The translations under genes and the position numbers were made by a program. 33,161 nt of DNA from contig JBBUAI010000011.1 in assembly GCA_038058745.1 (NCBI GenBank), positions 1 through 33,161 on the forward strand, read 5' to 3'. Below, piece by piece: positions 1 through 9,569 of this stretch (its first letter is position 1; every line of letters starts with the position of its first letter). The stretch is from Patescibacteria group bacterium (GTDB lineage Bacteria > Patescibacteriota > Minisyncoccia > Phycocordibacterales > Zambryskibacteraceae). The notes under the pieces were generated by a model. That model made no database searches and had not been told where the DNA came from. It worked only from the letters and a program-made list of their open reading frames with translations.

Positions 1-879
1 CAGGATTGGGAGAAGATGACTGAAGATGAGCGGCACGCGGTGAAGTTTCTTATGGCCTTTTTCAATCCTGCGGAGCTTATCGTAAACCGCTCCATTGCCC
101 TCGGCATGTATCCGTATCTCAAGGCGCCGGAATGCCATCTTTATCTCGCCAAAGTGATGTGGGAAGAAGCCAATCACTGCGTCGCCTTTGAGTACGTGCT
201 GGAAACTTTCCCATTCTTTGAGCGCGATAAGGTCTTCAATCTGCACAACAACGTCCCCTCGATGCAGGTTAAGGAGAAATATATCAATACTTACATGAGA
301 CGCATGACCGAAGACACTCTTGATATCTCTTCGACCGCAGGCAAGAAGGATTTCATCAGGAATCTTATCGCTACGAATATCGTAATGGAAGGCATCTGGT
401 TTTATTCCGGCTTTATGGTGGCACTTTCCTTCAGGCAAAGGAATATTTTGAGAAATTTCGGCTCAATGATTAATTGGGTCTTACGCGACGAATCGCTCCA
501 CCTCAAATTCGGCATGAATCTGGCGCACACTATCCTCGAAGAGAATCAGGAGCTTCTGACGGAAGAATTCGCTAAGGAAATAAGTGGTATCATCACGACC
601 GGAGTAAACCTCGAGACCGCCTACAACCGCGACCTTTTTCCTAACGGCATCTTGGGCTTGAACGCCGAATACGTCAACCAATACGTCGAGTACGTCGCCG
701 ATCGGCGGCTCGAGGAGCTGGGACTGCCGAAGCACTACAACTCGACCAATCCGGCCAAATGGATGGGCACGGCCACCGATGTCTACGAACTGGTTAATTT
801 CTTCGAGACCCAGAACACAAGCTATGAAGTGGACGTACATGCCTCGAAGCAGGATGTGATAAAATTTAAGAATGAATAA
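1..879 (+). CDS. nrdB: Ribonucleotide reductase beta (R2) subunit, class Ic (R2c)-type; 5'-truncated by the window edge
   Basis: Frame is open from base 1 (QDWEKMTEDERH). Ferritin-like ligand motifs FFNPAE, EEANH, MEGIWFYSGF, RDESLH; C-terminal NFFE...Y tail. Confidence 0.95.
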   Translation, partial: QDWEKMTEDERHAVKFLMAFFNPAELIVNRSIALGMYPYLKAPECHLYLAKVMWEEANHCVAFEYVLETFPFFERDKVFNLHNNVPSMQVKEKYINTYMRRMTEDTLDISSTAGKKDFIRNLIATNIVMEGIWFYSGFMVALSFRQRNILRNFGSMINWVLRDESLHLKFGMNLAHTILEENQELLTEEFAKEISGIITTGVNLETAYNRDLFPNGILGLNAEYVNQYVEYVADRRLEELGLPKHYNSTNPAKWMGTATDVYELVNFFETQNTSYEVDVHASKQDVIKFKNE

Positions 880-1900
880 AACTGTGAGAGTTGCCATCAA
901 TGGTGCCGGCCGAATCGGCAGGGCCTTCTATCGGCTGGCGCGCGAGCATTTGGAAATTGAGGTTGTCGCCATAAACGACTTGGGCAGCGTGGAAAATATC
1001 GCCTATCTCATGAGGCATGACAGTGTCTACGGCCGGCCGAGCTTTGTAGTTGAAACGAATGGAATAAACCTGGTGGTGGATGGCAGAGAGATAAGGCATT
1101 TTAGTGAAGTAGACCCGAAGAATCTGCCTTGGAAAAATCTGAATATTGACGTGGTGGTTGAAGCGACGGGCGCCTTCACCTCCTACGCCAAGGCCAAAGC
1201 CCACTTGGATGCCGGAGCAAGGAGAGTGGTAGTGACGGCGCCCATGAAAGATGGGCCGGAAGCTGGAATTTCTGGCGCCACAGTGCTTATGGGAGTTAAT
1301 GAAGAGAAGCTTTCGACCTGTCTTATCACTTCAAATGCTTCTTGCACGACGAACGCCGGCTCGCCCTTAATTGCCATCCTCGATGAGGCCTTGGGCATCG
1401 AGAAGGCGGTTCTGAATACCACTCACGGCTATACTGCCTCGCAGTCGCTCGTCGACGGTCCATCTAAAAAGAATATGCGCGAAGGGCGGGCTGCTGCCCA
1501 AAACATCGTGCCGTCTAGGACGGGCGCCGCCATTGCGGTCACCAAAGCATTTACGAAACTAGAGGGCCTATTCGACGGCATAGCCGTCCGGGTGCCTGTT
1601 GTAGCCGGCTCTTTGGTGGATGTTACCTTTATCTCCAAGCGGCCAACTTCTAGAGAGGAGGTCAACGAGATTTTGAAAAAGGCGGCAGAGGATAAGAGAT
1701 GGGAAGACGTCTTTGCTGTAACGGAGGAGGAATTAGTCTCTTCCGATATCATAGGCGACAGGCACGGCTCGCTTGCTGACCTGAACTTTACCCGCGTGGT
1801 CGGCGGGAACTTGGTCAAGGTTCTCGCCTGGTATGACAATGAAATGGGGTATGCCCAGACTCTTTTAAACCATGTTATTAAATTGGGCCAGTACATCTAA
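872..1900 (+). CDS. gap: Type I glyceraldehyde-3-phosphate dehydrogenase
   Basis: INGAGRIGR NAD-binding motif, NASCTTN active site, WYDNEMGY. Confidence 0.97.
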   Translation: MNKTVRVAINGAGRIGRAFYRLAREHLEIEVVAINDLGSVENIAYLMRHDSVYGRPSFVVETNGINLVVDGREIRHFSEVDPKNLPWKNLNIDVVVEATGAFTSYAKAKAHLDAGARRVVVTAPMKDGPEAGISGATVLMGVNEEKLSTCLITSNASCTTNAGSPLIAILDEALGIEKAVLNTTHGYTASQSLVDGPSKKNMREGRAAAQNIVPSRTGAAIAVTKAFTKLEGLFDGIAVRVPVVAGSLVDVTFISKRPTSREEVNEILKKAAEDKRWEDVFAVTEEELVSSDIIGDRHGSLADLNFTRVVGGNLVKVLAWYDNEMGYAQTLLNHVIKLGQYI

Positions 1901-1901
1901 T

Positions 1902-2345
1902 ATGAAAATTTATGTCGCCTCCGACCACGCGGGATTCGAACTGAAGGGGAAGCTCATTGTGTACCTACAAGGTCTGGGTTATGAGGTTCTTGATAAGGGC
2001 GCTTTTAAATATAACGAAAGCGATGATTATCCAGATTTTATAAAACCAGTCGCGAGCGCTGTAGCGAGCGATCCCGAGCGAAGTCGAGGGATTATTCTGG
2101 GAAAGTCGGGTGAAGGAGAAGCAATATGCGCGAATCGTGTTAAGGGCGTAAGGGCTACGGTCTTTTATGGTAGTCCTTTGGATATTATCCGTCTTTCACG
2201 CGAACATAATGATGCCAATATCTTATCTCTTGCGGCCGGCTTCGTCGAAGAAGGTATGGCGAGACTGGCGGTTAAAAGCTGGCTTGAAACGCCGTTCTCC
2301 GGTGATGAAAGACATATAAGAAGAATAAAGAAATTAGACGAATGA
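1902..2345 (+). CDS. rpiB: Ribose-5-phosphate isomerase B
   Basis: ASDHAG, DYPD, GKSGEGE, ANRVKG, REHNDAN, RHIRRI motifs. Start taken as the ATG at 1902, just after the gap stop. Confidence 0.93.
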   Translation: MKIYVASDHAGFELKGKLIVYLQGLGYEVLDKGAFKYNESDDYPDFIKPVASAVASDPERSRGIILGKSGEGEAICANRVKGVRATVFYGSPLDIIRLSREHNDANILSLAAGFVEEGMARLAVKSWLETPFSGDERHIRRIKKLDE

Positions 2346-2899
2346 ATGAGATTATTCCGGCAATTTTACCGAAAGACGCAGGAGACCTAGTGACTAAGAC
2401 CGATGTCTTGCCGCTTGAGATTCCTTTTATCCACCTGGATGTTTTGGAAGAAGATATTTGGGCCGATATAAGCAAGAGTTTCGAAGCGCATCTTATGGTC
2501 GAGAGCCCGGAAAAGATTGCCGGTAAGTGGCTTGAGAGGGGAGCGAAGAGGATAATAGTGCACAAGGTCGATGAGAGCATCATTAAGTGTCGGGACGGTG
2601 CGGAAGTCGGTCTTGGTGTTGAAATCGATAAGCCGCTTGAAAAATTCTCTCCGTTTCTCGACTTCGTCGATTTCATACACCTCATGTCTATAGAAGAGAT
2701 AGGTGAGCAAGGGCACCCGTTTGATGAACGAATTTTTGCTAGAATAAAAGAGGTCAAAGAAAAGTTTCCGCAGCTGCCCATAAGCGTCGATGGCGGCATT
2801 AACTTGAACAATTATAAAAGACTTCAAGAAGCAGGTGCGACCCGTCTTATCGTGGGCTCTCACTTCAAAGAAATATGGAACTCACTGACGAGAAGCTGA
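2342..2899 (+). CDS. rpe: Ribulose-phosphate 3-epimerase (compact)
   Basis: IIPAIL, HLDV, EAHLMV, HLMS, VDGGIN, VGS motifs; ATGA overlap with rpiB. Confidence 0.88.
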   Translation: MNEIIPAILPKDAGDLVTKTDVLPLEIPFIHLDVLEEDIWADISKSFEAHLMVESPEKIAGKWLERGAKRIIVHKVDESIIKCRDGAEVGLGVEIDKPLEKFSPFLDFVDFIHLMSIEEIGEQGHPFDERIFARIKEVKEKFPQLPISVDGGINLNNYKRLQEAGATRLIVGSHFKEIWNSLTRS

Positions 2900-3741
2900 A
2901 CAAACTCAAAGAGAAGGCCAATGACATCCGCATCTCGCTTATAGAAGCGCTTCTTACAGCTGGTTCGGGACATACTGCAGGGCCATTAGATATGGCGGAT
3001 ATCTTTACCGTCCTCTTTTTCCACACTTTAAACCATAATCCGAAAAAGTCGGACTGGCCGGAGCGCGACCGGTTAGTGCTCTCAAACGGCCATATCTGCC
3101 CGGTCCTGTATTCAACCATGGCTCATGCCGGCTACTTTCCTCTGAGTGAATTAAAAACTTTAAGGAAGTTTGGCAGCCGGCTCCAAGGGCATCCGCACAG
3201 GGACTTCTTGCCTATGCTTGAGACCAGTTCCGGCCCTCTTGGCTCTGGATTGTCACAGGCAGTCGGCATGACGCTCGCGGACAAGATTGACCACGGTCTT
3301 ACCTCCTCCCGGCGCATTTACGCTCTTCTATCAGACGGAGAGAATGAATGCGGACAAACCTGGGAAGCGGCTATGCTCGCGGGTAAAGAGAAGCTCCATA
3401 ACTTAACGGCGGTGGTGGACAGAAACAATATCCAGATAGACGGCTATACAGAAGATGTGATGCCCTTGGAATCTCTTTCAGACAAATGGCGCGCCTGGAA
3501 TTGGCATGTCATAGAGATTGACGGACATAATATGGAAGAGATTGCCGACGCCTTCGAGGCGGCGAAAGGTATTTTTGAAAAACCCACGGTCATCATCGCT
3601 CACACTATCGCCGGCAAGGGCGTGAAAGAATTTGAACGCGACTATCGCTGGCACGGCAAACCGCCGAATGCCGAGGAAGCAGCTATGGCACTTTCAGAAC
3701 TGCGCACTTTGGGAGGCAAAATCAAAAGTGAACATCAATAG
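2875..3741 (+). CDS. tkt: Transketolase, N-terminal (TPP-binding) subunit
   Basis: GSGH, DRLVLSNGH, LQGHP, GPLGSG, SDGE...WEA TPP motif, HTIAGKG, WHG. Confidence 0.93.
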   Translation: MELTDEKLNKLKEKANDIRISLIEALLTAGSGHTAGPLDMADIFTVLFFHTLNHNPKKSDWPERDRLVLSNGHICPVLYSTMAHAGYFPLSELKTLRKFGSRLQGHPHRDFLPMLETSSGPLGSGLSQAVGMTLADKIDHGLTSSRRIYALLSDGENECGQTWEAAMLAGKEKLHNLTAVVDRNNIQIDGYTEDVMPLESLSDKWRAWNWHVIEIDGHNMEEIADAFEAAKGIFEKPTVIIAHTIAGKGVKEFERDYRWHGKPPNAEEAAMALSELRTLGGKIKSEHQ

Positions 3742-3765
3742 TTCGACAAGCTCACTATAAATAAT

Positions 3766-4752
3766 ATGCTTAATACGGATTTGAAACTTAATGAGAAAGT
3801 GTTCGATGCTAAAGTCGAGCAAATTCCGATTCGCAAGGGCTTCGGAGAAGGTTTGCTTGCGGCCGGAGAGAAGGATTTGCAAGTGGTAGCACTTTGCGCT
3901 GACTTGACGGAATCTGCGCAAACCATATTTTTCAAAGAAAAATTTCCTAATCGCTTCATAGAACTCGGCGTGGCGGAGCAAAACATGGCTTCGGTCGCCT
4001 CCGGACTTGCGGCTATGGGCAAGATTCCATTCATCACCTCCTACGCCATGTTTTCTCCCGGGAGAAACTGGGAACAAATCAGGACTACTATCTGCTACAA
4101 CAACCGGCCCGTAAAAATTGCAGGTTCACACGCCGGCATTTCCGTCGGACCTGACGGCGGTACGCATCAGGCCATAGAGGATCTCGCGATTACCAGAGTA
4201 ATTCCTCGCATGGTCGTTATTTCGCCCTGTGATGCTCTAGAAGCGAAGCGGGCCACGGAAGCAGCGGCCATGACAGACACCCCCGTCTACATTCGCTTGG
4301 CGCGAGAAAGGACTCCAGTTATGACGACGAAAAGAACCCCGTTTGAAATAGGTAAGGCACAAATTTTCTGGAAAACGGAAACTCCCAAAGTCGGCATTAT
4401 CGCTACCGGTGCTTTGGTTTACCAGGCGCTTCTAGCTGCTAAAGAATTGGAGGAAGGAGGAGTGGAAGTGGAAGTTATGAATCTCTCAACTATTAAACCG
4501 TTGGATGCCGGGGCGATAATTTCGCTTGCGAAAAAAGCCGGACGGATAGTGACCGTCGAGGAACACCAGAAGAACGGCGGCATGGGTAGCGCTGTCGCGG
4601 AATGTTTGGCGCAAAATCATCCGGTGCCTATGGAATTTATTGCCGTCGCCGACCAATTTGGCCAGTCCGGCACCCAAGCAGAACTTTTAAAGCATTACGG
4701 CCTCGACAAGGAAGCCGTTATAAGAGCAGTAAAGAAAATCTTGAAGAGATAA
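3766..4752 (+). CDS. tkt: Transketolase, C-terminal subunit
   Basis: ADL, GVAEQNM, GPDGGTHQ, PVYIRL, VEEH, DQFGQSG. Confidence 0.93.
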   Translation: MLNTDLKLNEKVFDAKVEQIPIRKGFGEGLLAAGEKDLQVVALCADLTESAQTIFFKEKFPNRFIELGVAEQNMASVASGLAAMGKIPFITSYAMFSPGRNWEQIRTTICYNNRPVKIAGSHAGISVGPDGGTHQAIEDLAITRVIPRMVVISPCDALEAKRATEAAAMTDTPVYIRLARERTPVMTTKRTPFEIGKAQIFWKTETPKVGIIATGALVYQALLAAKELEEGGVEVEVMNLSTIKPLDAGAIISLAKKAGRIVTVEEHQKNGGMGSAVAECLAQNHPVPMEFIAVADQFGQSGTQAELLKHYGLDKEAVIRAVKKILKR

Positions 4753-4804
4753 GTGTAGTAGAATTAAGAGAGACTTTGTTCATCCGTATTCTCTGGAGGT
4801 CAAG

Positions 4805-5602
4805 ATGTCCTGGGATGTGCTGCGTTTCCTGTTAATCTTCGCTCTGGCGTTTTCGATAGCGAACTTCCTGGCGATCCAACTTACCACTATCTACCTTCAT
4901 CGGTGTAAGACTCACGGAGCCTTGATCCTTCACCCTTTGCTTGAGAGGAGTTGCAAGTTTCTGGTCTCCATTCACACCTCTATCGTCTTGAAGGAGTGGG
5001 TCGGCGTTCATCGGATTCATCATGCTCACACCGACGAGCCTGGGGATCCACACAGCCCTCTGATCCACGGCTTCACGAGGGTGCAGTTCTGGAATGTTCG
5101 GCTCTACACCCGGGCCGCCCAGGACAAGCAAATGATCGAGAAACACACGCCCGACATCCCGTACACCAAGGCAGATCGATGGTTCTACAACCATACCGTG
5201 CTGGTACTCGGGACCGGGGGTAGTCTTTACCTTTATTGCTTGGGTCTAGCAGGGCTTGTGGGATTCATTGTAAGCGGCCTTCTCTATGTGTTCCTTCAGA
5301 GCTCCACGATCAACGGGCTCGGTCACTGGCCCTCAAAGATCGGCAGCCGCAACTACACAGGCACCCACGCGGTATCATCGTACAATCTAGAGCTGCCAGG
5401 AGTGCTCAACTATCTCCTCTCATGGTATCTCGGAGGAGAAAACCTCCACAATAACCACCACGGCGATCCGCGATCAGCAATCTTTGCCCACTTCCCGGAT
5501 AAGGGCGAAATCGATCCGGCCGGAGCCATCATTCGATTCCTAAAGCGAATAGGGCTCGCCAAGAATGTGGTGAGACATCGCACGGACGTCATTGGTGTGT
5601 GA
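4805..5602 (+). CDS. Membrane fatty-acid (acyl-CoA delta-9-like) desaturase
   Basis: Three His boxes (YLHRCKTH, HRIHHAHTD..GDPHSP, GENLHNNHH), hydrophobic segments, Shine-Dalgarno GGAGGT at 4795-4800. Confidence 0.9.
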   Translation: MSWDVLRFLLIFALAFSIANFLAIQLTTIYLHRCKTHGALILHPLLERSCKFLVSIHTSIVLKEWVGVHRIHHAHTDEPGDPHSPLIHGFTRVQFWNVRLYTRAAQDKQMIEKHTPDIPYTKADRWFYNHTVLVLGTGGSLYLYCLGLAGLVGFIVSGLLYVFLQSSTINGLGHWPSKIGSRNYTGTHAVSSYNLELPGVLNYLLSWYLGGENLHNNHHGDPRSAIFAHFPDKGEIDPAGAIIRFLKRIGLAKNVVRHRTDVIGV

Positions 5603-5610
5603 GGGAACTA

Positions 5611-5652
5611 GGGCCGCTGCGATCGCGATCGCAGCGGCCCTTTTCGTTTTTT
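5611..5652 (+). terminator. Intrinsic terminator built on a perfect 30-bp palindrome
   Basis: GGGCCGCTGCGATCGCGATCGCAGCGGCCC is its own reverse complement and is followed by TTTTCGTTTTTT; lies between convergent genes. Confidence 0.85.
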
Positions 5653-6627
5653 TTAATTTAATTTCTTAGTTTGAAATTCGAGTGGAGCGGATTTTAAATA
5701 TTCTTCGATTTGGGAGCGGGAAAGAAGGCCTTTTTGAGCGCCGATTTCCTGGATGACGGACATGGCATTAATCATTCCCCATTTTAAAGCTATATCTAGA
5801 TTAAGGCCGAAAGCAAGAGCCGCTACCGTGGTAGAAGCGAGGGCGTCACCGGCGCCAGTGCGTTCATAGGGAGGCTTGGGATCTGGGTAAGGTGACTGGA
5901 ACCACAGCTCGGTACCATCATAGGCATAAGCTCCCTTCGGCCCATCGGTAATCACTACGATTTTCGGACCCAGATCATGCATGCGTTTAATGAGTCCCTG
6001 GATCCCCAGCGTCTCAATACCAAGGATAGTCTCAGCTTCTTCTACGTTAGAGAAGAAAATTTCAGTTCTCTGATAAATATCTTTCAACTGCTCTTTCCCT
6101 AATTTGATTTGAAAGATCCCAGGTTGGAAGGCGAGTTTTATCTCGAAGTGATCATTTAGATACTCAATAATTTCAGTATGGAACTCGATAGAATTTTCAC
6201 CCAGAGAGGTGAGATAGAGCCATCTGGGACTGCCGATATTCGGCAAGGAGTATTGGAAGTTGCTGTGTTTCTGGAGAATAGTTCTATCATTTTCATACCA
6301 GAGTACATAGTGATAGTTGGTTTTCTTATCATCCTGAACACCAATATATTTGGTCGAGACCCCAGCAGCCTTTAAGACCTCTAAACATTTTTCTCCATTA
6401 GCATCATTGCCAATATTAGCCACCAAGGCTGAGTTTAAACCTAAACGTGCTGCAGTTACTACGGCGTTGCTAGCATTACCTACCGCTGGCACTTCTACTG
6501 CAAATTCATAAGGTACTTTGGTAGCAAATGGAAGACAGATTTTAGAATGGTCAGGATCAACATTAATATTCTCTAGTTTAATGAAAACATCAATAGTTGT
6601 CTCGCCAATCGCTATAAAATCAGACAT
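5653..6627 (-). CDS. PfkB/ribokinase-family carbohydrate kinase
   Basis: GN.SN.A..AARLG, IGND..G, N..EA, ITDGPKGA, and RTGAGD signature. Confidence 0.9.
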   Translation of the reverse strand: MSDFIAIGETTIDVFIKLENINVDPDHSKICLPFATKVPYEFAVEVPAVGNASNAVVTAARLGLNSALVANIGNDANGEKCLEVLKAAGVSTKYIGVQDDKKTNYHYVLWYENDRTILQKHSNFQYSLPNIGSPRWLYLTSLGENSIEFHTEIIEYLNDHFEIKLAFQPGIFQIKLGKEQLKDIYQRTEIFFSNVEEAETILGIETLGIQGLIKRMHDLGPKIVVITDGPKGAYAYDGTELWFQSPYPDPKPPYERTGAGDALASTTVAALAFGLNLDIALKWGMINAMSVIQEIGAQKGLLSRSQIEEYLKSAPLEFQTKKLN

Positions 6628-6643
6628 TTGCTAAAATCATAGC
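6628..6643. promoter_or_regulatory. Overlapping divergent extended -10 promoters (leaderless pfkB-family gene and fba)
   Basis: TGcTAAAAT (box 6632-6637) is 6 nt before the fba ATG. On the minus strand TGcTATGAT (6641-6636) is 8 nt before the kinase ATG. Only 16 bp separate the two starts. Confidence 0.6.
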
Positions 6644-7474
6644 ATGAAATCTTTGCGGGAAGCGCTCCGCTGGGCCGAAGAAAAAAATGTCGCCATAGGC
6701 CATTTCAATATTTCTGACTCTGAAGGGTTCAAGGCGGTGGTTCAAGGAGCAAAAGAGCTTAAGGTGTCGGTCATCGTTGGCGTCTCGGAAGGCGAGAGAG
6801 AATTCATCGGTCTCGAGGAGATAGTTTCCTTGGTAAAAATCGCCAGAGGAAACGGTCTTGATATTTTCATTAATGCCGACCACACCTATTCGGTGGAGAA
6901 AGCCAAGAAAGCTATTGATGCGGGAGTAGACAGCGTTATCATCGATGCGGCAGATAAAACACTCGAAGAAAACATCTCCGTCACGCGAGAAATCGTTAAC
7001 TACGCCAGTGGGCGGACCTTGGTCGAAGGCGAGATTGGTTTTATAGGAAAGTCGTCGAAAGTGCTTGAGAAATTGCCTGAAGGGGTGACAAAAACCACTC
7101 CGGAGGAATGCTTGAGATTCGTTAGGGAGACTAGCATCGATCTTTTGGCTCCCGCTGTCGGCAATGTGCATGGAATAGTAAAAGGAGGTGACCCAAAGCT
7201 CGATATAGAACTTATAAAAGCCATTCATGAGGTGGTAAACGTGCCTTTAGTGCTTCATGGCGGCTCTGGTAATAAAGACCAAGAATTTCTTGAGGCCATA
7301 AATGCCGGAATCCGAATAATCCATATCAATACCGAATTGCGATTGGCTTATAAAGAGGGAATAGAGGAGGGATTGAAGAGCGGAGAAATCGCGCCTTATA
7401 AATTCATGGAAGAGGGAGTGGAAGAAATGAAAAGAGTGGTAATGGAACGGCTGAAGCTGTTCAACAAGCTATGA
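6644..7474 (+). CDS. fba: Class II fructose-bisphosphate aldolase
   Basis: GHFN, ADH, VEGEIG, GNVHG, VLHGGSG, INTE. Confidence 0.92.
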   Translation: MKSLREALRWAEEKNVAIGHFNISDSEGFKAVVQGAKELKVSVIVGVSEGEREFIGLEEIVSLVKIARGNGLDIFINADHTYSVEKAKKAIDAGVDSVIIDAADKTLEENISVTREIVNYASGRTLVEGEIGFIGKSSKVLEKLPEGVTKTTPEECLRFVRETSIDLLAPAVGNVHGIVKGGDPKLDIELIKAIHEVVNVPLVLHGGSGNKDQEFLEAINAGIRIIHINTELRLAYKEGIEEGLKSGEIAPYKFMEEGVEEMKRVVMERLKLFNKL

Positions 7475-9144
7475 GTTTAGTCGAAGCAATAAAGAAAGAT
7501 TTTAAAGGAGAGGTAACGGAGACCCTTGAGAAGCTTGAGACCTACAGCCGAGATGCAAGCTTGTTTAAAGTAAAGCCCAAGGTGGTGGCATATCCCAAAG
7601 ATGCGGAGGATTTATGCCATTTAGTAGAATTTGTAAAGGCGAATAAGGCAGTCGACCCCGGCATATCGCTTACCATACGAGCCGCCGGTTCGGATATGAG
7701 CGGCGGGCCGCTTAATGAATCGGTCATCGCCGATGTCACAGAGCACCTTAATAGTATCGGAGAGATTAATGCGGAAGGGACAAAAGTGGAGCCGGGAGCT
7801 TTTTACCGGGATTTTGAAAAGGAATCCTTGAAAAAATGGCTGATTCTCCCATGTTACCCGGCTTCCAAATCGCTCTGCGCGCTGGGAGGCATGTTCGCCA
7901 ATAACTGTGCGGGAGAGAAGACCTTGCGCTACGGCAAGATGGAGAATTTCGTCGTGGAATCCAAATTCATCTTCTCTGATGGACGGGAATATTCGGTTAA
8001 GCCGCTCAATAAATCAGAACTTGAAATAAAAATTGCCAAAGAGGATTTTGAAGGCAATCTTTACAAGCAAATCCTGGAGCTTCTGGAAGAAAACCGGGAA
8101 ATCATAAAGGCAGCCAAGCCGAAAGTCTCTAAAAATTCCGCCGGCTATTACCTATGGAATGTCTGCCCCTCGATGACACTCGGGGTAAAGGACAGCGAAT
8201 ACTTTTTCGACTTAAATAAGCTTTTAGTCGGCTCGCAGGGCACCTTGGGCATATTGACCGAGGCGACCTTGAGACTGGTACCCGTGGAGAAGGCCTCGGA
8301 GCTCTTCGTCATCTTTCTCCATGACTTAACGCCTCTTTCTAAATTGGTCAATGCCATTTTGCCGACCAATCCGGACTCCATCGAATCTTATGATGATGCC
8401 ACCATGAAATTGGCCTTCCGTTTCTTCCCCCAAATACTCAAGAGTATGAAGCCGAAGCATTTTTTCTCTCTTCTCTTCTCTTTCATACCGGAATTATGGA
8501 TGATGGTTAAAGGCGGTATTCCCAAGCTTATTCTCCTTGTCGAATATTCCGGACAAAATAAAGCGGAGATAGACAAGAAAATCGAGAATCTTGAAAATGT
8601 CATCAATCCTTTCAAATTGGTTTCGAGGAAGACGCTCTCGGAAGAGGAGTCCGGTAAATACTGGACGGTCAGGCGCGAGAGCTTCAACCTCTTGCGTAAG
8701 CACGTGCACGGCTTCCGCGCGGCGCCATTTGTCGACGATGTGGTGGTGAGCACGGAAGATATGCCGGAATTTCTGCCGAAGATGCGCGCCATCCTCGATT
8801 CTTACAACCTCAATTACACTATCGCCGGGCACGCCGGCAACGGCAACTTCCATATCATTCCGCTCATGGATATGAAGAACCGCGACAATGTGAGAGTGAT
8901 AAGGGAAGTGGGGGAGAAAGTATATTCTCTAGTCTCTGAATACCACGGCTCGATTACCGGCGAACATAACGACGGCATCGTCCGCACGCCGTATTTACAC
9001 AAGATGTACAGCCCGGCCGTGCTCAAGCTTTTTCAAAGAACCAAAGACATCTTCGACCCGCAAAACATCTTCAATCCCGGCAAGAAAGTTGGTGGGACGC
9101 TTGAGTACCTGGAATCACACATTGACACTGGTGCTCATTCGTGA
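7471..9144 (+). CDS. FAD-linked oxidoreductase (D-2-hydroxyacid dehydrogenase / GlcD-like)
   Basis: RAAGSDMSGG, GGMFANN..G, GSQGTLG, GHAGNGNFH, GEHNDG, FDP..IFNPGK. Confidence 0.88.
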   Translation: MSLVEAIKKDFKGEVTETLEKLETYSRDASLFKVKPKVVAYPKDAEDLCHLVEFVKANKAVDPGISLTIRAAGSDMSGGPLNESVIADVTEHLNSIGEINAEGTKVEPGAFYRDFEKESLKKWLILPCYPASKSLCALGGMFANNCAGEKTLRYGKMENFVVESKFIFSDGREYSVKPLNKSELEIKIAKEDFEGNLYKQILELLEENREIIKAAKPKVSKNSAGYYLWNVCPSMTLGVKDSEYFFDLNKLLVGSQGTLGILTEATLRLVPVEKASELFVIFLHDLTPLSKLVNAILPTNPDSIESYDDATMKLAFRFFPQILKSMKPKHFFSLLFSFIPELWMMVKGGIPKLILLVEYSGQNKAEIDKKIENLENVINPFKLVSRKTLSEEESGKYWTVRRESFNLLRKHVHGFRAAPFVDDVVVSTEDMPEFLPKMRAILDSYNLNYTIAGHAGNGNFHIIPLMDMKNRDNVRVIREVGEKVYSLVSEYHGSITGEHNDGIVRTPYLHKMYSPAVLKLFQRTKDIFDPQNIFNPGKKVGGTLEYLESHIDTGAHS

Positions 9145-9179
9145 TAATGTTTAGGTAGATTGAACAAGTTTTCAGGAGG
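9122..9179 (+). promoter_or_regulatory. Sigma70-type promoter and RBS for the ORF at 9186
   Basis: TTGACA (9122-9127), 17 bp spacer, TAATGT (9145-9150, preceded by TGn); AGGAGG at 9174-9179. Confidence 0.55.
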
Positions 9180-9185
9180 GAATAC

Positions 9186-9488
9186 ATGAAATTGGCGCTC
9201 TTATTTCTCGTCCTTACCAAGCTTTCTTTCATCGCCGGCTTTACGGTTCGCTGGAAGACGTTCCGGGTTATCATCATGCTCGTCGACGGCGGATTCGCCT
9301 GGTGGGGCATGGCGCAGGGATTCCTGGCCCTCACGAGAGGTGCCTCACTCCAATCTGTGTTCATCGGCATGTTTCTGTATTCACTCCCTATGAGTTCCCT
9401 CTACGCGGGCAGATTCGTCCGAGTAGGGCTCGAATTCGCAAGAGAACGGACAAAGAGGGCTCGTTCTCTAGAGTACGAGTTGGGGTAG
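9186..9488 (+). CDS. Small hypothetical membrane protein (about 3 TM segments)
   Basis: Has its own promoter, SD and terminator; hydrophobic sequence. Confidence 0.65.
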   Translation: MKLALLFLVLTKLSFIAGFTVRWKTFRVIIMLVDGGFAWWGMAQGFLALTRGASLQSVFIGMFLYSLPMSSLYAGRFVRVGLEFARERTKRARSLEYELG

Positions 9489-9496
9489 GGCTTCGC

Positions 9497-9538
9497 AAGG
9501 CCCCGGGCGCGTGCGCGTGCGCGTGCCCGGGGCCTTTT
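9497..9538 (+). terminator. GC-rich intrinsic terminator
   Basis: AAGGCCCCGGGCGCG...CGTGCCCGGGGCCTTTT. Confidence 0.8.
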
Positions 9539-9569
9539 CATTTGCTCAAAATTGGGCTAAAATGAACCT

